This document shows positions 15,301-30,198 of a DNA stretch of 64,000 nt, piece by piece. Within the stretch, counting starts at the first letter, position 1, and each line of letters starts with the position of its first letter. The notes under the pieces were generated by a model that searched no databases, was not told the origin of the DNA, and worked only from the letters and a program-made list of their open reading frames with translations. This DNA is from the human T2T-CHM13v2.0 reference genome, Homo sapiens. The stretch lies in NCBI RefSeq assembly GCF_009914755.1, contig NC_060940.1; one strand, written 5' to 3'. The translations under genes and the position numbers were made by a program.

Positions 15301-15857
15301 TTTAAAAGATTTTCACTGCATCTTCTATTACTAATATATTGCTATAATATATTGCCATATATTATAGCAAGATGTACTCAATTTGAAACACAATATGAAT
15401 ATTCTCTCCAGAATTGTAGTATATAAAAGTACATAAAGCAAATAACTATATTAACAGGGAAGAAAATAATGGATAAATGATTGATTTTTTAAATTTCATA
15501 ATTATAAACAGAAATTTAACAAAATATAAAACAAAACTGAAACCTATATAATTAAAATGAAACAAATTTTTTATTTTAATTTTAAACCAGAAATCATTAT
15601 TTATTTTATCTATTTTACTGAAAGGTTAATTGAATAAGAACAGATTATAATTACCTAATATTACCATAGTAACTTCTGTATAGAAACCTGTTAAATATTC
15701 ACCAAAATTTCAAAATCTAACAGCACAGAAACTTAGTATTTCATATTAAGTTGCAACTGACGCAAATGAAATAAGCACCATGCTATGTTATATCACCATG
15801 TTATTCACTATTAAATAGAATTTTTAAGACACTAAAATTAAGTTGGGGCTGTAACTG

Positions 15858-16401
15858 CTGTGAAGAAAATAATTCATATAACAGTCATAAGACTGTCATT
15901 CTTAGAAATGCCTACATGCAAAACTGGCCCTTCGCTGGTGTTTGGAAATTTGCATTTTAAAGGTTTGTCACCATTTCCTGAGAAAAGTAGCTCACTGTAC
16001 CTAAACTGTTTGCATAAACAATGTGGTTGACTCTGAACAGCTGCTTTTCTTCTGGAAGTGTGGAATTTTTGTATATGTGTGAGAGAGAATGCTTATGTAA
16101 CTAGCTTCCATAAAAACCTTGGATACTGTCTTGTCAGACTCATATTGGTAGACAATACTGCCCATGTGCTGTCAAAATTCAAAGCTACAGGAATTCAGCA
16201 CATCCTGGTAACTTCACAGAAGAGGGCTCCTGGAAGCTTGTGCCTGGCTTCCCCAAGACTTGCCACATGCCCCTTTGCCCTGAGCCAATTTTACTTTGTA
16301 TTCTTTCACAGTAACAAATCAAAGCCCAGAGTAGGACTGTTTGCTGAGTCCTTACAAGTGAATCACCAAACACAGAGGTGGTCTTGGGAAACTCTGACAC
16401 A
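15858..16401 (+). mobile_element. MER68-like LTR
   Basis: CTTAGAAATGCC...CTGGCCCTTCGCTGG...CTCACTGTACCTAAACTGTTTG...GGTCTTGGGAAACTCTGACACA. Confidence 0.65.
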
Positions 16402-16737
16402 GTGGCATTACATGAAATTAGTTTTCTTTAAGGTGATGTGACCTGTGACTACAATCAGAAGGCTGTTTATAGAATACCTTTCCCTAATCTGTTTTCCTTA
16501 ACAGTTGCCTTTGAGATTCCTGTATTTCCGCATGAATAAATCCATAAAGGAATAGAAATAATTATGCCAAAAAAATGAAAAACAAGCAGCAATCCTATTT
16601 TAACCAGAATAAAAAATTGAGAATATGGATGATTAAAAATATACCCCATAGTATGAAAGCTTCTAGAAGAGAAACAAAAAGATCACAGCCAATTGTCTTC
16701 AACTCTCCAAGGTTTCTTTTATAATAATTGGGGATCA

Positions 16738-17748
<1,011 letters not shown>

Positions 17749-20105
17749 TCAAGAAAGTTATATATAGATGGTTAAAGGTGTGGTAATCCAACCGACCAAA
17801 TATTCCAGCTAAGTAACAGATTACCAATATTCGAAGAAATATAACACCAGAAAAGTGTTTTACATTAAAACTGTGTCAAGTTTGAAAATTTAAAAGACAC
17901 CTTAAGTGTCTTAACTTAATTTGAAAATTTAAAAGACACTTAAAGTTTGAAAACTTAAAAGAAACTTAAAATCTTAAAGGACCAGCATCACTTACACTGT
18001 CACTGTGCTAAAGATATAAAGAAGTTTAGCATTAAAGATTAATAGAATACCAGACATACTTTAGAATAGGTAGCTAATTCTCTTAAAAGAAAATCATATA
18101 TAGTTGTCAAAAATACCTATGTTAGAAATGTGTTCTAATAATATTTTCTTTAGGGATGAAATTCAAAAGAAAACAGTAAAAGTAGAGATATTAGAAGAGG
18201 TCATGAAAAGGGAATTGCACTAAAACAAAGTGTCCCAGAACACAGAGACTTGGTATACTTAGCATATCACCTTATATTTTTCTCCATAACATTATATAAA
18301 AGATGTCAGCTTCTCCAAACTGCTCGTCTGTAGACTACTTCCAATTGAAACTTGAAACTCTCGAAATGTGGCTGTGTTATGATTCCATGTTGGAGGGAGT
18401 TGGGATGTATGTGCTTTGGACAATCTGGTTCCAGTTACTGCTGCCAGACTTTTGTTTCAGAATGCATCCAGAAGAACTTATCAGGGATTTCAGTACAAAC
18501 TAAGTATTTCCACAAGGAGCAGATAAGAAGACCGCAGTTTTTCTCACACATTACCCTTAGGTTTTGACAATTCTGTAAAAGAGTGGGCACATGTAATCAG
18601 AAGTCAAGACCATTTTCCCTGACCCTGTGCATGTAGCTTCTGCAGTTACAAAAGAGTTACGTAGGATCTTGGTAGATTTGTTCCTCCATATTTGGACACC
18701 AGATATACCAATCACATCAACAGCTCACATTACACCTCAAAAATGGTTCTTTTGAAAAGGGTACTGCCAAAGAGCTTTTAAAAGTTAAATCTAATTGGCT
18801 TTTTAGTAATCTTACTTGTTAGAATTGATACTCCCTCCTTAAAATTCTCACATTTTTATTTTTGCCACATCACTTCCTCTGACTCCTCTCCTACTTTTCT
18901 CTAGCCACTGCTCATTCTCCTTTACCAATTCTTTTTCTCCTGGGGGCGGGAGGGAATGTTGACATTCCCAGGGTTTTGTCACTGGATGCCTTCTCATTCT
19001 ACATCTGCATCATGGACAGTTGAGATCGATGACTTTGCCTAATAATTATAACAACATCATTCTACGTCTGCATCTCCAACCTCAGAGTTGGAGGGAAGGG
19101 AAGTTACTCTTCTCTGTTGACCAGCTGTACTTCTCCATTCAGTGAACACATCCTACTCCTTTCTCCTGTGCAGTATAAAGGCCAGTACACAACCTGGAAA
19201 CCTATGAATGATCCAAGATTTCTCTCTCCCCACTAATGTTTTATATTCAATGTTCACTAAATCATATTAACTGTACCTCTTTTCTGCTTCTGCTTTATAT
19301 TTCTACTGCTACCAAATAAATATGTTTATATTTCCTAGATCAACATGGCCTCTTCATTGATGGTTTTCACAGGAAAAAAGTCCCTACCAACTATTATTTT
19401 TTTATAAATAAAAAATTAAGTAAAACAAATGAAGAAGCCATAAGGGCAAGAAAAAGACCAACATTTTAAAATGAGTAAATGGAGTAAATTTACTTTATTT
19501 TATCATGGATGGGTGAACACCTTACACTAGATTGATAGTAGTTCAAGCATCGAACTAAAAGGAAACTACAGCTTTAACTACTGCAAAACTTCCTTTCTCT
19601 AGCTTACTTTCTTGTACTCAGAATACAATATATAATATATATAACATACCAAATATGTATTTTCATCAGCATGGGCATTGGCAGCACTAAATCCCATGTT
19701 GTTCAAGGGCCAACTGTAATTACTGATTCATTTACTAACTGCAAAGAATTTATTTTACAAGTTAAATAGAAGTTCTAATTATATAAAAAGTCTAATTCAT
19801 TATTATGTGACTATAAAAAACCATGCAATGTAATAACTTAAAAATTTGTTTTCTTATTTACACAAAAAGATCATCTAGAATATTAGGAACCATCATAAAA
19901 TAATAATTTTTTCAAACAATACTGAGATTATAAACTACCTACAATTAACTTTTTAAATAATTAGAAAATCTAGACTACTAAGTATTTTTTAAATGTGTGC
20001 AATTTAAATTGATTTTTTTAAACTGTTTTTTTGTAATCAAAACATCTTTATTCTTTTTTATCTATGGTAGTACCATCAAGAGTAATTCACTATCAGAAAT
20101 CTTAC

Positions 20106-20173
20106 CCGGATTGCTATTTATAGAAAGCTCTTCATATTTCTTTCTTTTGTATTCAGAAATTAGTCCGGCAATG
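20106..20173 (-). pseudogene. ANKRD36-like exon (68 nt)
   Basis: tacatag|CATTGCC...AATCCGG|gtaaga; IAGLISEYKRKKYEELSINSNP. Confidence 0.88.
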
Positions 20174-22621
20174 CTATGTATAAAAATAAATGAAATTAAT
20201 ATTTTAATACCATTATCAAAAACATTTACCAAATATACTAAATTATTAGAGTATCTTGAACAATATCAGGATGTTAATTATCCTATACACTTCTCTTCTG
20301 TAAGCTCTACAAACTTCTTAGTACCTTTCTAATTAAATAATAAAAACAGGTGAAGTACTCATGAAGTGAAGGCAGTATAGCTCAGCAAACTATCTCACAT
20401 CAGCTTGACATAATGGAAAGTCACCTTCCTGGCTCTTACTGGAAGGTCCTGGCTCTATAGTCAACAGGTATTTGCTCTTAAACAAGTTGCTTCTCTTATG
20501 CACAATGTCTTCTTCTAGATTTTACTATCTTCTTTCACTAGGTTGTTATATAGGTTTAATGAAGTAGCATTTTTAACATTCACAGAGAAATAGTAAAGCA
20601 GTGGAATTTGTTCTTGAACTTTATTGCTGAAACTATTTTGAAATCCCAAATCAAACCCAATGTGTATTTTTTCATAGGTTCTAATATTCAAATGCTTCAG
20701 TTTAAGAAAAATGTTAAGTCCTAATTTTGCTTATTGTTCTATTATTTGTGGCTTATAATTCAGGGCATCTCAACTATTTCATAATTCATAAATAAATTAA
20801 TTTATGAATACATTATTTCATTAAAATAGGTAACACGATTGTTCACTATTATTGAGCTCATCAATTCCAAGGGCAGAAAACTAACAGATGTCAAGATCTG
20901 GCTTGGGCTACCACTATTACTTCTCTGCAGACTCTAACTGAACCAGATGTTTGCTAGAATGATGGTTAATCTCCATCAGTGATGTTATCTCCAACTGACA
21001 TGGAAGACAAAACCCTACTTTCATTTTTTTTAAGTTCCATGAAGTAGATGAAAGTTGACATTTTCTCATTTCCAAGATACATACTAACAAAATATTTACA
21101 CAACACCCCATGTGTTACTTATCTCCATTCTCAGTTTATAGATCACCTTACACAAATGTTTTTGTAGTGAAAAATCACAATTCAAATATAAGGGGCCACC
21201 CATTTTGTTTCGATTCAAACTGTGACTTAGCTAGCCAGCAAACAGTCAAATGACCTTCCCCTGACTGCAAAATATGAAATGTCTCACGATGCTAATTTTC
21301 TCTGTATTGTTCCAATTTTAGTATTTGTGCTGCCAAAGCAAATACAAAGCCTTACTTTTACATATAAATGCTGATAAGTCATGGATGAGGGTTAGCTCTG
21401 TTAAATCTAACTAACCAACTTGAGACTTAGATAATTCCGATGAATGGCTTCCTGTAAGGTAGAATCTGAAAATATTTTACAAACTTGAGATAGTGATGCA
21501 AGCAGCTTGGGAGATCTTCATTATTATAGAAAACAAATCACTTGAGGGGCCAACCACAAGTTGATGCCTCCTACTCTAAGGAAGGATGGCATAGAAGCTT
21601 CCACTACCTGAGAAAAGCTCTTACACTGTTTATTTAAAAAGTCTCAGGGTACAGATCTGGTAGCAATAAAGAAAAAACTGTGATCTCTTTCTACAACATT
21701 ATTTGAATATCTCTGACAGTTTAGAACTATCCCAACTAATATTTGAAGAGAAAAAAAGGGACTCAAAAAGTAACTCACCATGAAGGTCTAGAAGCCCAGG
21801 TTAAAATGCGGGCTCTACAGCAGGTTTTGAGTGTGGGTGAAAGTGTCAATTTGCTCAGTATGTATGTTGATAAAGTTAGAATATCCAGCTAACAGAGCAA
21901 GGTTCTGCTGTTTTGGAAACAATGGCTGAGCATATAAGTATGTGCAAGTGAACTAAAAAAATAGTTGTAACTTTGAAGCCTTTTTATGGATCAACATGAA
22001 GATTGAGGGACCTCAAACAGAAAGGGCATCCTGGTGGCAAAGGTTAATCATTACCAGACTGCAAGAGTACTTTCAATGGCAAGAAAGCAGCAACAGAATC
22101 AATGAAAACAAAGCAAAAATTAGAATACCCTTTCCCCTTCTCATTCTGACTTGTAGACACTGATTGTCTTCCTTGGACTTAGGGAACCCCTTAGGTTCTT
22201 GAAAAATTCAATGATCAGGCTATAGTAGATGGTCCGCAGTACACAGCACAAGATTTTTTGATAAACTGGACATTTTGAGACCCAAATAACTATTTAGAAA
22301 AATCAAACATATGAAACTACTTTATCCTATGCATAGGGGTTATACTGGAAATAAAATGTACAACATTGGAATCCCTAAGGAGAAAAGTCCTAAAAGTTTC
22401 AATATCAAGAATCCTGCACCTGCTGCTACTTATCTAGCCTTTTGCTTGATTTCTGGCTGATGAAGTTGCACAACTCTCGAAAACTTAAAAACTTGAAAAT
22501 TTGTCACTTGAAAACTACTTGAACCAAACTATGAAATCTCACCTGATATATAAGATGCAATTGTTACAATTATTTTAAACTTCAATTTAGTGTTCACTAG
22601 CCTTTTTATGTAAAGACTTAC

Positions 22622-22758
22622 ACTGAATTCCCAGCCTCAGAGGCATAATCTTCTGCAGTCTTTCCACACACATCTCGAGAAAACATATCAATATTTGCTG
22701 CAGAAGAAGAATGACTATATCTTTGTGTTCACGAATAACAGCAAGTGTGAGGGCCGAT
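22622..22758 (-). pseudogene. ANKRD36-like ankyrin exon (137 nt, 1-nt deletion frameshift)
   Basis: tattttag|ATCGGCC...AATTCAGT|gtaagt. The frame breaks at CTGCAGCA^AATATTGAT, where the family motif is LLQHNID. Confidence 0.88.
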
Positions 22759-24199
22759 CTAAAATAACAGAGAGGTAATTAAAAACTTTAATGACATTTT
22801 AAAAGCTAAGTTTATATACTTTATCAACTTAATATGTTGTCTGTCCATGTAGAATTAACCCAATTACATGTACTAAGAAACAAGCATCTTGGGTGCTCAA
22901 GGGTTTATCTTTGCAAGTTACCACAAAGGTTAAAAGCAAGGAACAAAAAGGAAGCCTCTTGTCCCACTATGGTATGACATAAAGTTGCTAACTTAAAGTC
23001 TTTTGATGGGCAAGAAACTATGCTCAGGCCACCTATCTACAGTAGGCAAATTTAAGTGAAAAATTATTCATTTCTTCCCTAGTCTGATACTATACATTAT
23101 AATGCAAAATCACCTAAAGGGTCAGATAAGAGCTATCTGCAGGCTTAAAACAATAATATTAATAGGAATGCTAATAGTAGTAGTCGTAGCTTCAGTTAAT
23201 GATGCTCATAAGCATGTGCTAGGCATTTAATTAAACACTATATATAAATATATGTATATGGAGGATAATAATATATCCTTCAAGGGTGTTTGTGTATAAG
23301 TAACATAAGTAACATCATATATATATAAAATATAAATATTGTATATTATATATTATCTACAAAATATATAATATACATTATAGATTATTATCTATAAAAT
23401 ATATATTGTATATATTATATATGATGTTACTTACATTATCTTCTTACATACATATGTGTGGGTATATATATATTATATATATGCACATACTTATATGCTC
23501 AGCCATTGTTTCCAAAACATCAGCACCTTGCTCTGTAAGCTGGACATTCTAACATTATATATATATAAATACATATAATGTTACTTACACACAACCACCC
23601 TTGAAGGATATATTATTACCCTCCTTTTCACAGAAGAAAACATACTTGGTGATAAGTAATGTTACCAAGGTCACACATCTAGCAAGTGGGAAAACTAGGG
23701 ATTAAATCCAGTCCTGTGTGAACCTAAAGCTTGTTTTCATTAAAGTAAAGTTTTATCCATTTAAAGCTATCTTTTCTCCCTCTCCCCATATCAATTAAAA
23801 ACAACACCAAAACACAGTAGAAATGAAAAACATGAAACCTCTTTAGCTAACATAAGATCATACAATCAAAAGCATCACATTATTACATTATAAATAACAC
23901 CACATCATATTACAAATAACAAACATCTATCAATATACAAAGCTTTCTATATATAGAAGCCTTTTATGTGTATAATGTCTATATAGAGAGACAAATCCTG
24001 CTATATACTGTTCTTTATGTTACTCAGTCCAAATAATTGTTTTTCTACGTGTGATGATCTGTGTTGATATTTCTCACTATATCCCAATAATTAAAAGTTA
24101 GTCTTCTTATTAATATAATATTTGTGACTTGAGTGACCGCTACCACTCTACAATGACACTCAGGTTTAAAAACAACACAATAAGAACTAAGGTCTGTAC

Positions 24200-24306
24200 C
24201 TGTTAAGACAATTAACTGCATTTATATTTGCATTTTTCTTTAATAAAAATTCCACCATTATCAGTTTTCCTAGATGCGCAGCCAGTAAAAGTGGTTGACA
24301 TTCAAT
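24200..24306 (-). pseudogene. ANKRD36-like ankyrin exon (107 nt)
   Basis: ttttacag|ATTGAATGT...CTTAACAG|gtacag; translates IECQPLLLAAHLGKLIMVEFLLKKNANINAVNCLNR. Confidence 0.9.
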
Positions 24307-25525
24307 CTGTAAAACAACAGCAACAATTTATAATCACATAATTACATATTTATCAACTGAACTGAAAACCTTATGTAAGATCCTGTGAGCTTAAATATAT
24401 ACAATTGAAAGGACGTAAGAGGTAGTCCCTTTCTTTTCACTCCTCGGTGCTTTTCTACGTTCTGCTCCTTCCGCTGGAAACAGCCTCCTCTGCCTCACCA
24501 CAGAACTCTGGTCATCTCCAAAACTCACTTCAAACATTTCCCAGTTCCAAGAATCTTTGCTTCTGTCACAGCATTTAGCATGGCATGTTTCAAGGATTTT
24601 ATTGTTTCCCACCTGAACCAAGAGCTTCTTGAGGGCAGCAGCTGTATTTTTTTTCTCTATGTCCTCAAACTCTAAGACACAGTAATAAATGTTTCAGGTA
24701 TTTTTATAAATGATCTAAATTATTATCTATAGAGCGGTGTTTCTTAAACTATTAATATATTCCAAAGGATATTTACTTTACCAGAAGCTCAACATTATAC
24801 CCCAAAAGAAAGACTTCATGATCACCCATGTTTGAAAAATGTTACAAAACTGTGCATTTTGTGTCTAGTATTTGAGAAATCTTTTTAACTTCACCTAATC
24901 CCTATTTGTAAATACTTATTTTGGAGAACGTTAACATTTGAGAAATGAGAGTTTCACGGATACAGTTGTGAGAGCTTACCAGTAAAGGTGGAGGTTTCCT
25001 CTGGGTGATACACACTTGCCTCATTCTCTTCTAACCATGGTGTCAGAATCTCAGATGACAACGTCAGGTGCGAGCACCTAATGTTGTCGTCTCAGATTCT
25101 GACACGATTGACAGTTCATTTGAAGCCTATCTCTTTTTAATTTGGAGAGCCAGGCTCTGAATTAATAGAGATAGGCTTCAAATGAACTTTCACTGCTTAT
25201 TATTAAATAGTCCATGGGTTTTCTCTAGTAATATTTTTATCTTAGCTGTCAGAAAGCTCTGTATGAAATGTTATTCTCAATTACAATCTTAGGACCCTGA
25301 TGCAAATATTTATGTAATTATAATCTTAGGACCCTGGTACATAATTCCTTTAAAAATTTATTTGTATTCTAGTTTCCATATTAATTCTTACTTAACTTTT
25401 TTATTTTAGATAAAATATAAATCAGAAATAAAAATACAGTGGCTTATCAATTAAAGCTCTAATAATGACCTATATGAATTATTTATAGCATAATGAAAGC
25501 CACTAAATTATTTGCATCATTCATT

Positions 25526-25528
25526 TAT

Positions 25529-25570
<42 letters not shown>

Positions 25571-25625
25571 GAGACGGAGTCTGCACTCCAGCCTCGGCAA
25601 AAGAATGAGACTCTGTCTCAAAAAA
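25526..25625. mobile_element. (TCTA)n tract plus two fused, oppositely oriented Alu 3' stubs
   Basis: TGAGACGGAGTCT (minus Alu end) joined directly to GCACTCCAGCCTCGGCAAAAGAATGAGACTCTGTCTCAAAAA (plus Alu end). Confidence 0.8.
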
Positions 25626-25659
25626 TAATAATAGTAATAATAATAATTTTTAAAATAAA

Positions 25660-26098
25660 GAAAAAAGTATTCATGACTCTTGTTAAAGACAGGTAGGAAG
25701 ACCTTATTCCAGGGGGGCTACCACAATAGGGTTTTGCTGTAGGAGAGCGAGATTGGGCTCAGTCTCACTCTACAAAGGATGAGTAGGATGTACAGTCCAG
25801 GAGCAAGGGTGCCGGGTGGGTGGAAAATGACAAAGAGGAGACATTGAGGAGAGGGGATGCTTGCTCGGCCAACTCAGCAGGAATCTTCCTGAAAGCAGGC
25901 CAGGGTAACAAGATATCGAGAGTGGAGGATGAGGAATTTGATCAAATATTGAGGGTGATCCCATAGGATTTTCACTAAACTGACCCAGCAGGACTCTTGC
26001 TAAACCTGAACTAAACAAGCCGAGGACAGAGCCTAAGGTCAGCGCCTTGAAGGCTTAGTGGAGTAGAGTTAGGTCTAGGAGAGGGTCAGTCACCTGAC
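25660..26098 (-). mobile_element. MER31-like ERV1 LTR
   Basis: Reverse complement contains TTTAGCAAGAGTCCTGCTGGGTCAGTTTAG and GATCACCCTCAATATTTGATCAAATTCCTCATCCTCCAC. Confidence 0.7.
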
Positions 26099-26125
26099 AG
26101 CCATCTGATCATAAGAACCAAGTAG

Positions 26126-26790
<665 letters not shown>

Positions 26791-29700
26791 TAGCCATGAG
26801 CTACAATCAACCACTGCACATCCTTTCCATCCAAGCGCTCTATGAGATCGGGGAGAAAATGGAAACCTATATGGGGTGACCCAAGGAGCTCCCCAGCAAA
26901 GCGGGATTGAAGTACAGAGCCAAAAACCAGAGGAGAGTTACCCAAGCATGGCTGGGATGTCCTGAGAGGAGCAGGAGCAGACCTTTCATGCCATCTCCAG
27001 ACCAGGCCCAGGCAGGTAAGAGGGTGAACAGGACCAGGAATTCGCACGACCCCGGGGGGCCGACAGGAGAACCTGCAGAACCATGGACCCCAGACCTGCA
27101 AGACACCAAGATCTGCGCCGGCCCCAAGCACACCCCAAATGCACCTCAACAGGGGCCTGGCCAGGCCCCTGGACCACTGCCTCGGCTCCTCACTCAGGCC
27201 CTGCCTCCCTGGCGGCCCTCTCGAGCCCTACCCCACAGCCAGCTCCTGCTTAAACCTAGCAATGCCCCCCAGGCCTGCAATTCTATTATCAGCTTGAACT
27301 AGGTCCCGCTGAGAGTGACAGGAAACCCAAATAATGGAAATTGCAACCAGGCAGAGTGTGTTGAATTCTCCCCGGGAGGATGCAGCCTGGAGCTGAGCTA
27401 CACAGGACGCTGGGAAGCAGGCCCCTTCTGCGCACCATGGCCATCCCCAGGGAGCCCCTCATCAGGCGGCTTAGGGTGGCTTGCCAGCCAGAGAATCAGA
27501 TGGAGGAAAAATCAGAAAAGAAGAGAAGCAACGCTAGCTTCTGGCAAGAGGCTGGGACTGGTACGTGACATTCTCCTTTTGCCCCAGTGGCCAAAATGTG
27601 GTCACGTGGCCATGCTTTACTGCAAGGAACGCTGGGAAATGTAGTCTTTCTTCTTTGCAGCCGTCTTATCATGGAAACAGGGGAGAACGGATAGTAGGGG
27701 ACAACTAACCAGCTCTGCCACAGCTGAAAATCCAGATTCCGCCATGGCCTACAGGCTCCTCCTGGCCGACCCCCTCGGGAGCCCGGGTGCCTCCCTTCCT
27801 CCATGCCTGGTCCCTCTGCCTGAAGCCTTCCTGCCCTCTCTCCTGGCTCCAAGCATCCTGTGGGCTTCCCCCAGCGCTGGTGCCAGCAAAGCCCGATCTC
27901 CTCTCTCGAGGCCGCCTGCACTCCCCCTGTGCGTGCATCGCAACCTCTGTCCCTGACACACAGGGATCCTTACCCTCCCCAGGGTCTGTGCTCCCCAGGG
28001 AGGAGCCGCACCTCTGGGCGCCCTGAGCCCCAGCCCTGCAGGGTAGGCACCCCATGCGGTGGTTGCAGGCACCCGGCAGTCGCTCCATCCTGGTTTTCAG
28101 CCTTTAGTGCACAGAAGCGTGAAGAAGCGGGGGTCACTGGCACGGAGTCCTCCTTGAGAGTCCGGCCGGGGATCCGTACCAGTGGTCCCTGCCCACCTGG
28201 GTTAGGAAAGGCTGACTGGCCTGGGGAGGCTGTGGACGACGTCTGCGGTGTCATCTGAGTGCCACGGCCATCACTTTGAGACGGCGTCTGCTTGCTGCAG
28301 CCAGGCAAAGGTCTTAAGGAAGGCCAAGGCCACTGTCGACAGGTGTGTGGCTCCAGATTGAAATTGTGACAATACCCCCAGCCATGCCCTTCCATCTTCC
28401 CACCGTGCAATCAGTGCACCACCTCCCACCATGCAATCCAGAGCACCACCTCTCAGCAAAACCTCCAGGATCCACCTCAAACCCAGCCCCATCCCACAGC
28501 CATCACCCTGGTCCGGGCCACCAATAGCTCTTGCTCGGACACAGGCAGTCACCTCTCCAGGGAGCACCCAGTGTCCCTTCTGCCCTCGTTCTGGTCCGTC
28601 CTTCACCCACAAATGGAGAGTGTATTTTAGCATTAGATCAGTTCATGTCGCTCTCTCGCTTAAAACCCGCCCCTGGCTTCCACTGCCTGGCATGAGAATC
28701 ACCACTGCCTGCCCCACGGGACTGGCCCTGCCACCTGCCCCATGCCCGCTCCCCTAGCTCATGGTCCCCCAGAGTCACTGGCCTCCACCATCCTCTCAGC
28801 CAAACCCCACCAGCCACCACTGCGTGCCACCCACCCACCCCGCCAGCCTCTCCATCACGTATTCCTCCTTCCCTTCTTTTGGGAAACTCTTTTCTTCTTG
28901 TTTGTTCATTTTATTTTCTGTGTCCCCAACTCGAATGGAGGCCACGCGGAACACTGTCTGTCTCATTCACTTCTGTGTCCCCGGAACCTAGAACCATGCC
29001 TGGCACACAGAACGTGCTTGATAGGTACTGAGACAGAGACATACAGAGAAGGAAAGAGGGAGAGAGACAGAGAAAGAGAGAGAAAATAAGAGAAGGGGAA
29101 GGAGAGATGGCGGAGAGGGAGGGAGAACCGAACACTGAATCCAGGGGTTCCTCTCCCACCCCTCATGTGCCCATGGTAACAAGGGAGTCCCCCTCTTCTG
29201 ACCCCTTGTTGTCAAAAAGTCCATCAAGCAAGAACGCCCGAGCCCCAGGCCCCCTCTGAAATTCCCAAGAAGGAAGCACCCCAAGAAGGAAGGCGCGCAG
29301 GACGCTGCTCTGGAGCCATCGGGTTCCCGGTCTGCTCACCACACTCAAGGAGCCCCTTAACAGGAGCAGGAGGAGAAAAGACACCCAGCCTGGGGTTCCC
29401 CCCGGACAAGGCCATGCTGTGACCCAGGCTTGGTCCTGGCCCTGACCGTGGGAAGCCCACCCCACAGGCCCTCACCCAGGCAGGCCTGAGGCCCATGCAC
29501 CGCTAAAGGCCTGGAGAGGGGGTCCCACCGCAGCCTCACCTGGGTCCCCTGGGGTCAGGGTAAGCTGGGACAAAGGGACCACCGGTTGCTATGGGAGAGG
29601 GAGAAGGCACAACTTTCCCGGTAGAATGGGCTCCTGCTGTGCTCTGAGCCCTGGGTCACTGTCCGCACTCTGGGGAGGGAGGAGAGGAGCCTGGAGCCCC

Positions 29701-29945
29701 AAGGGCGCGGCTGGCAATAAAGGCAGATGCTCAAGTTGATGCCGTCCCACGCACTTGAGGCTGGGTCCAGGAGTGGCACTGACACGGCTGGGGAGCCCAC
29801 TCCCGAAGTATGACCCGGGGATGTGCACAGCCACATTCCAAAGACACACGGGATGAGATCAGCCCAGGTGACCCTGGGACTTTGCCCTCTTCGGCAGGAG
29901 CCAGCCCTGTGCACCCTGTGTGCCTGTCCATCTGGAAGGCCCAGC

Positions 29946-30198
29946 ATGAGAGGCCCGACCGTCCTCCTCACTGTGGCTCTGCCCACGCTCCTGGCTCCCA
30001 GGGCCGGGGCACCGGTACAAAGTCAGGGCTCCCGGAACAAGCTGCTCCTGGTGTCCTTCGACAGCTTCCGCTGGAACTACGAGCAGGACGTGGACACCCC
30101 CAACCTGGACGCCATGGCCCGAGACGGGGTGAAGGCACGCTACATGACCCCCGCCTTTGTCACCATGACCAGCCCCTGCCACTTCACCCTGGTCACCG
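29946..30198 (+). pseudogene. ENPP7P13: ENPP7 (alkaline sphingomyelinase) exon 1 copy; downstream exons absent
   Basis: 253-nt open exon MRGPTVLLTVALPTLLAPRAGAPVQSQGSRNKLLLVSFDSFRWNYEQDVDTPNLDAMARDGVKARYMTPAFVTMTSPCHFTLVTG with donor GTGAGT at 30199. ENPP7 parentage is clear; the P13 number is inferred from the neighbouring orphon. Confidence 0.9.

Noticed and set aside
18300-18780. Higher-complexity stretch resembling a processed pseudogene
   Set aside because: No recognisable peptide in the ORF track, and no poly-A or TSD seen; needs BLASTX.
29823-29945. In-frame 41-codon extension ahead of the ENPP7 ATG
   Set aside because: Begins at GTG; the ATG at 29946 matches the known protein start.
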